Source: Bdellovibrionales bacterium (GTDB lineage: Bacteria; Bdellovibrionota; Bdellovibrionia; Bdellovibrionales; UBA1609). From it: 64,000 nucleotides of DNA. The DNA lies in the NCBI GenBank assembly GCA_965261545.1, contig CBDHDF010000011.1:544001-608000 (forward strand). Direction: 5' to 3'. Under the pieces are notes generated by a model. That model did no database searches. It was not told the DNA's origin and saw only the letters and a list, made by a program, of their open reading frames with translations. A program made the translations under genes and the position numbers. How positions within the stretch are numbered: position 1 is the stretch's first letter; each line of letters opens with the position of its first letter. Below, piece by piece: positions 61,199 to 64,000 of the stretch.

Positions 61199-62237
61199 AA
61201 AATTATTAAGGATTAAGGAACTATTAAGCATTGAGGAGCTATTAAGTATGAGAAAGAAAGTAGGAACTTTGCAGGCCATAGCTATTTTTGCTCTATGGGT
61301 ATGGTTTTTGGGGGTATGGTTCCTGGCGTTTTCTTGGACGCCTTGGAGTCACAACCAAGTGGCATGGGCTGAAGAAGAGGATGTCGCCGCCGTTCATACT
61401 CATGCCAAAGAAGAGGATGCTCAGCAGCCTACAGCCTTAAGAATTCCGCATACAGGAGGGGGAAACCCTTGGATTGGCTACGATCCACGTGTGGTGAGAA
61501 ATAACAACAAGGCCGTAAAAAAATTGGAAAATATCCTAGAGGAATTAGATAAAAAAGAAAGTCCTAAGGCTCCCCTTAACTTTTCGAAGTCCCTTGAAAA
61601 GGAAGATCTTCACGCCCTTATTCAAAAGGATGCCTATGAGGCTTACAAATACTTATTAAGGGCCTTGGAAAAGGAAAATTTTGATCCCAGTTTGTATTTA
61701 AATTTGGGTTTGGCTTTCGAACTCAATGGTGAGTGGGAGAAAGCCTTTCTCGCCTATGAAAAGGCTCACAAGTACTCCAAGGAGAGCCCCAAAACAGATT
61801 TCTTGTCTCTTTACAATTCTGCAAGAATTCGAGGGCACCAAGGGCGAGTGGATGAGGCTCTACACATTTACCAAAAGGCTCTAGAGATTATACCTCAATC
61901 CATTGAAGTAAAAACCAACATTGAATTGCTGACATCACAACCACCACCAAAGCCCCAGGGGAGTCAAGGTTCCAAAAATCAAAAATCACAAAGTGATAAG
62001 GGCGAGAAAGACCATCAGCAAGAGCCAAAGGATGAATCGGAGGAATCTCAAAAAGAAGCCAATAAGAAGGAGGGGCCCATTCAAAATGGCAAAGAAACCC
62101 CTCGCACCTTTGAAGGTCGTGAACTTTCAGAGGATGACGTGAGAAAGATATTGGAAGAAATAAAGAATCAAGAGCAAAAAATTCGAGCCAAAGAAAGTAA
62201 GCCCATCAAGGAGAAATCACGTGCTAAAGATTGGTAA
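61179..62237 (+). CDS. batC: TPR protein BatC-like
   Basis: TPR repeats, KTNIELL, Q/E-rich linker, C-terminal KDW. Confidence 0.82.
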   Translation: MKLLSTEKLLRIKELLSIEELLSMRKKVGTLQAIAIFALWVWFLGVWFLAFSWTPWSHNQVAWAEEEDVAAVHTHAKEEDAQQPTALRIPHTGGGNPWIGYDPRVVRNNNKAVKKLENILEELDKKESPKAPLNFSKSLEKEDLHALIQKDAYEAYKYLLRALEKENFDPSLYLNLGLAFELNGEWEKAFLAYEKAHKYSKESPKTDFLSLYNSARIRGHQGRVDEALHIYQKALEIIPQSIEVKTNIELLTSQPPPKPQGSQGSKNQKSQSDKGEKDHQQEPKDESEESQKEANKKEGPIQNGKETPRTFEGRELSEDDVRKILEEIKNQEQKIRAKESKPIKEKSRAKDW

Positions 62238-64000
62238 TGGGAAGCCCTATTTTCTTTATGCCCCCTGCGATGTATGTGATACATTTTATACATTCTTGAA
62301 ATGTTTCCCTATGATCTTTCTTATGGGAAAGTTATCGCTGGGGGCTTGGGGGGCTATACTTTTGGGACTCGCAACCACCGAGGTGATTCAAGCCCAAACA
62401 AGCTCTGGAGAAGAGGAGCAAAACAAAGTCCATGTCATAGCTTCGGTGGATGGCAACTCCGTCACTCAAGGGCAAACATTTACACTTTCTGTCAGGGTGA
62501 CCTCCAATGGGTCCGTGAGTATCAAGGAACCCAAATTGCCCCACTTAGGTGTCTTTGATTTTTTGAGCCAATCGACGAGTTCACAATTTCAAAGCTCCTT
62601 TGGTAGTGGAGGTATGCAGACGAAGAGAACAAAAATTTTTCACTACACCCTTCTTCCCAAGAAAATTGGCTCACATGTCATAGGCTCCATTGAAGTTGTG
62701 GTTTCAGGAAGGGCTTATACCACGGACTCTATAACTCTCAAGGTCGAGTCTCCAGGCTCCACCAGTTCTCAGCAACAAGGAGGTCACCCCCAAGGTCGCC
62801 CCCGGCAGGGGGGGAGGCAGGGTCATGGTCATGGGACTCAAGGTTTTCCCCAGAGAATTCCCGATCCCTTTGGCCAAATGGATGATATGTTTAATAACTT
62901 CTTTGGAGGTTCCCCGGGACAAAGAACTCCTCCCCAAAATTCTCCAAACTCCCCAACCCCTATTCCACAATCGCCATCTTTGAATACCTCTGGAGAGCCT
63001 CTTTTTCTTGAAGTTCATGTGGACAAAACCAAGGCTTATGTGGGTGAGCAAATCATGGTTTCTTGGTATATCTATACAAGGGGCCATGTACGTGATCTCG
63101 ACACATTAAAACACCCTAGCAATCAAGGTTTTTGGAAAGAAGATATCCACATTGCTCAACGTCTGAAGTTTCAGTCTCAAGTTGTCAATGGGATTCTTTA
63201 TCACAGGGCTCTTCTAGCTTCCTACGCCCTTTTCCCCCTTAAAGAGGGAGAGGCTGTTATTGACTCTTATAAAGTGAAGTGCACCTTCATTTCCAGAAAC
63301 AGCTATGGTTTTCGCCAGCCCACTCAGCTAACTAAATCAAGTGAGCCTGTCACCATTGAAGTGATGCCCTTGCCCCAGGAGAATCGACCTTCCCATTTTT
63401 CAGGAGCCGTGGGGATGTTTCAAGTGCGTTCTGAACTCGATAACTCCAAGGTTTCTACAAACCAGCCGGTTACCCTCAAAATTAAAATCACTGGACGCGG
63501 AAACGCTAAACTTATTGACCTTCCCTCTCTGAATGAAATACCAAAAGAGATCGAAGTTTACGATACAAAAGCAGACTCCAAGTTTTTCAAAAGCGGACAA
63601 GGTTATAAGGAGTTTGAGGTGATCCTCGTTCCACGAAGTTCGGGATCTTTTGTCGTTCCCTCTTTAAGTTTCAACGCCTTTGATCCTGAGGCGGGGAGCT
63701 ATTACCAAAAGAAAACCAACTCTCACATTTTGGAGGTTCTTTTAGGGGAGGATGAGGTCATGCTTTCCTCCAGTAATTTGAATCGTCAAAAAGAAAACCC
63801 TCCCCAACTCCCTGGAGTAATTGCAAGTTGGAAGTCTCAGGGTTGGGACCAGCCATACAAATGGACATTTTGGATCTTGGTTTATATGTTGATTTTTGCC
63901 TTTTTGATCTGGCGATGGAAGGTGGAGTTTGGGCGCACTCAGAAAAAAAAGGACTTGCGTCAGTGGGTCCATATCAAAACCCATGGTGTGGAGGAGTTGG
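62221..64000 (+). CDS. batD: BatD-family protein (3' end beyond window; absent from the ORF track)
   Basis: Frame read by hand from GTG 62221: ASVD, VDKTKAYVGEQI, YALFPL, FSGAVG and ITGRGN. Confidence 0.85.
   Translation, partial: MLKIGNGKPYFLYAPCDVCDTFYTFLKCFPMIFLMGKLSLGAWGAILLGLATTEVIQAQTSSGEEEQNKVHVIASVDGNSVTQGQTFTLSVRVTSNGSVSIKEPKLPHLGVFDFLSQSTSSQFQSSFGSGGMQTKRTKIFHYTLLPKKIGSHVIGSIEVVVSGRAYTTDSITLKVESPGSTSSQQQGGHPQGRPRQGGRQGHGHGTQGFPQRIPDPFGQMDDMFNNFFGGSPGQRTPPQNSPNSPTPIPQSPSLNTSGEPLFLEVHVDKTKAYVGEQIMVSWYIYTRGHVRDLDTLKHPSNQGFWKEDIHIAQRLKFQSQVVNGILYHRALLASYALFPLKEGEAVIDSYKVKCTFISRNSYGFRQPTQLTKSSEPVTIEVMPLPQENRPSHFSGAVGMFQVRSELDNSKVSTNQPVTLKIKITGRGNAKLIDLPSLNEIPKEIEVYDTKADSKFFKSGQGYKEFEVILVPRSSGSFVVPSLSFNAFDPEAGSYYQKKTNSHILEVLLGEDEVMLSSSNLNRQKENPPQLPGVIASWKSQGWDQPYKWTFWILVYMLIFAFLIWRWKVEFGRTQKKKDLRQWVHIKTHGVEEL

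Noticed and set aside
56049..64000. MoxR-VWA cluster as a novel system
   Set aside because: It matches the known MoxR-DUF58-BatABCD operon.
27844..64000. Many short antisense or overlapping ORFs in the ORF track
   Set aside because: They are shadows of longer genes with recognisable motifs and have no independent support.

Overview
The window has two sharply different halves. Bases 1-27,650 are a dense nest of mobile elements. I resolved nearly all junctions from terminal inverted repeats (IRs) and target-site duplications (TSDs): two IS4-family elements, three IS21, IS256, an IS5/ISNCY-like element, IS110, two IS1634, an ISKra4-like remnant, a group II intron and a 1.94-kb serine-recombinase element. 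Only one apparent host gene lies in this half. Bases 27,800-64,000 are ordinary chromosome whose gene content suggests Bdellovibrionota (inference). It holds a polyprenyl synthase, DUF3108, ybbP/ybbA/tesA, a radical SAM enzyme, a beta-barrel, a DUF507 pair, PBP1B, type II secretion gspC-K, PhoH2, TIGR02147 and a MoxR-Bat operon, plus one IS66 composite. The most notable system is a hyperparasitic chain: IS256 > IS4 > IS21 > group II intron > large serine recombinase (LSR) mini-element. The intron sits exactly between two 23-bp terminal repeats of the IS21, and its predicted EBS1 pairs with the repeat. The LSR element sits in the intron's RT gene, has no stop codon of its own, and on circularisation would become a single 645-aa ORF covering 1,938 of its 1,940 bp. 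Also seen: a candidate IS110 bridge RNA, an IS4 carrying a SEC-C passenger gene, a DnaA-box hairpin in an IS21 end, and a frameshift shared by all copies of one IS4. No rRNA, tRNA or CRISPR array was recognised. Family assignments come from motif recognition, not database searches.
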